From the NCBI RefSeq assembly GCF_006345805.1, contig NW_021832382.1, positions 186,001 through 250,000 of the forward strand: a stretch of DNA of 64,000 nucleotides. Direction: 5' to 3'. Source of the stretch: Octopus sinensis (Eukaryota). Below the pieces are notes generated by a model, which saw nothing but the letters and a program-made list of their open reading frames with translations, was not told where the DNA came from and searched no databases. Made by a program: the position numbers and the translations under genes. Numbering within the stretch: the stretch's first letter is position 1; each line of letters starts with the position of its first letter. Positions 63,252 through 64,000 of this stretch are shown piece by piece.

Positions 63252-63769
63252 TTTTAGAGAGTTTGAATTCATTAGATTTTTTTGATTTAGGCATCTATTA
63301 ATATACCTTTTTTTTATATAAAAACCTTTATCCCACTCAACAAAAAACCGATTACATCTTACGTTATAAAAAAATAATTCAAATATTATTCTTCAAATAT
63401 TTATATTTAAAAGAATAAATATTGATCTAATTCATTTATTTGAATATGACTTTATTTTTATAATATGACTTTATTATTGAATATGACTTATATGACCTAT
63501 TAATAAGTGTTTAAATAGTTAAAAAATATAATTAAAATATTTAATTAATATAAACAAATACAAAATGACCTTATTTTGTGATAAGCATTATATGACTTTT
63601 GGTTGCCCTAGTCATAGCACAAGCCTTGGTCTACCAGAAAATGGTAGATTATCTGATTTCTTTTTCTCCTTTGTGAATGCGTTAATCCAAATAAACATGA
63701 GTTTTTACGACAGGATGTATACACCATGTTAAACTTCACATGGGGGCATTTTTTTAACCAGAAAAAGAG

Positions 63770-64000
63770 TTCTTCAAAATAGCTAATTAAGTGTCAGCAG
63801 TGGCTGCACCTCGGATTGCAAGCGAGTTACCTCGCAAGATTTCGATCGATATCCTCTGGTACAGCCAGCCGATTTGGCGGTGGTCCTTCGTGCACTTGTG
63901 GATGCACTTCCCAATTTCGGTCAGAAGCGACACTCCGGCCGTCCCTATCACTCCACTTGTCTCCACAGCAATCGGGACAAAGTGGTAATTTGGTGGGAGA
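63770..64000 (-). mobile_element. CRE-clade LINE 3' end (runs off the window)
   Basis: FVPIAVETSG...WLYQRISIEILRGN; stop at 63787-63789 followed by TTAGCTAT as in other CRE 3' ends. Confidence 0.75.

Larger units (their letters stand above)
59115..63610 (-). mobile_element. hAT element (CGGBP1-like transposase) hosting two nested elements
   Basis: TAGGGCAACC termini; 8-bp TSD GTCATAGC; ATATGAC subterminal repeats; HITCFAHLLH and IERSFS motifs; the N-terminus MPKSKK...CKFC rejoins in frame across the nested insertion. Confidence 0.9.

Overview
Eukaryotic (metazoan) nuclear DNA, not prokaryotic. The window alternates between AT-rich stacks of nested, mostly dead transposons and very compact host-gene islands. 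TE stacks lie at about 1-17 kb, 29-37 kb, 43.7-46.3 kb and 48.6-64 kb. They contain CRE-type and R2/NeSL-type RLE LINEs, RTE- and I/Jockey-like LINEs, hAT, Tc1, Tigger/pogo, a Helitron and a Ginger-like element. The gene islands contain ANKRD45, CLCN7, GrpE, DDRGK1-like, ClpP, a POU homeobox gene, an SH2 protein, UAP56/DDX39B, XRRA1, CCDC22, ACTR10, eIF4A3-like and WTAP-like. Nearly all of these genes are interrupted by spliceosomal micro-introns of mostly 22-29 nt (mode about 24 nt), three of them GC-AG. This explains why the ORF track is fragmented and suggests a reduced animal such as a dicyemid (inference only). The most unusual structure is a 3.5-kb element (28938-32402) with TGT...ACA imperfect inverted termini and a 5-bp TSD. 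It carries a 2.76-kb higher-order minisatellite built from telomeric TAACCC hexamers plus a 36-bp core. All homology calls are from manual recognition, with no searches run, and the assembly appears to contain homopolymer indels.
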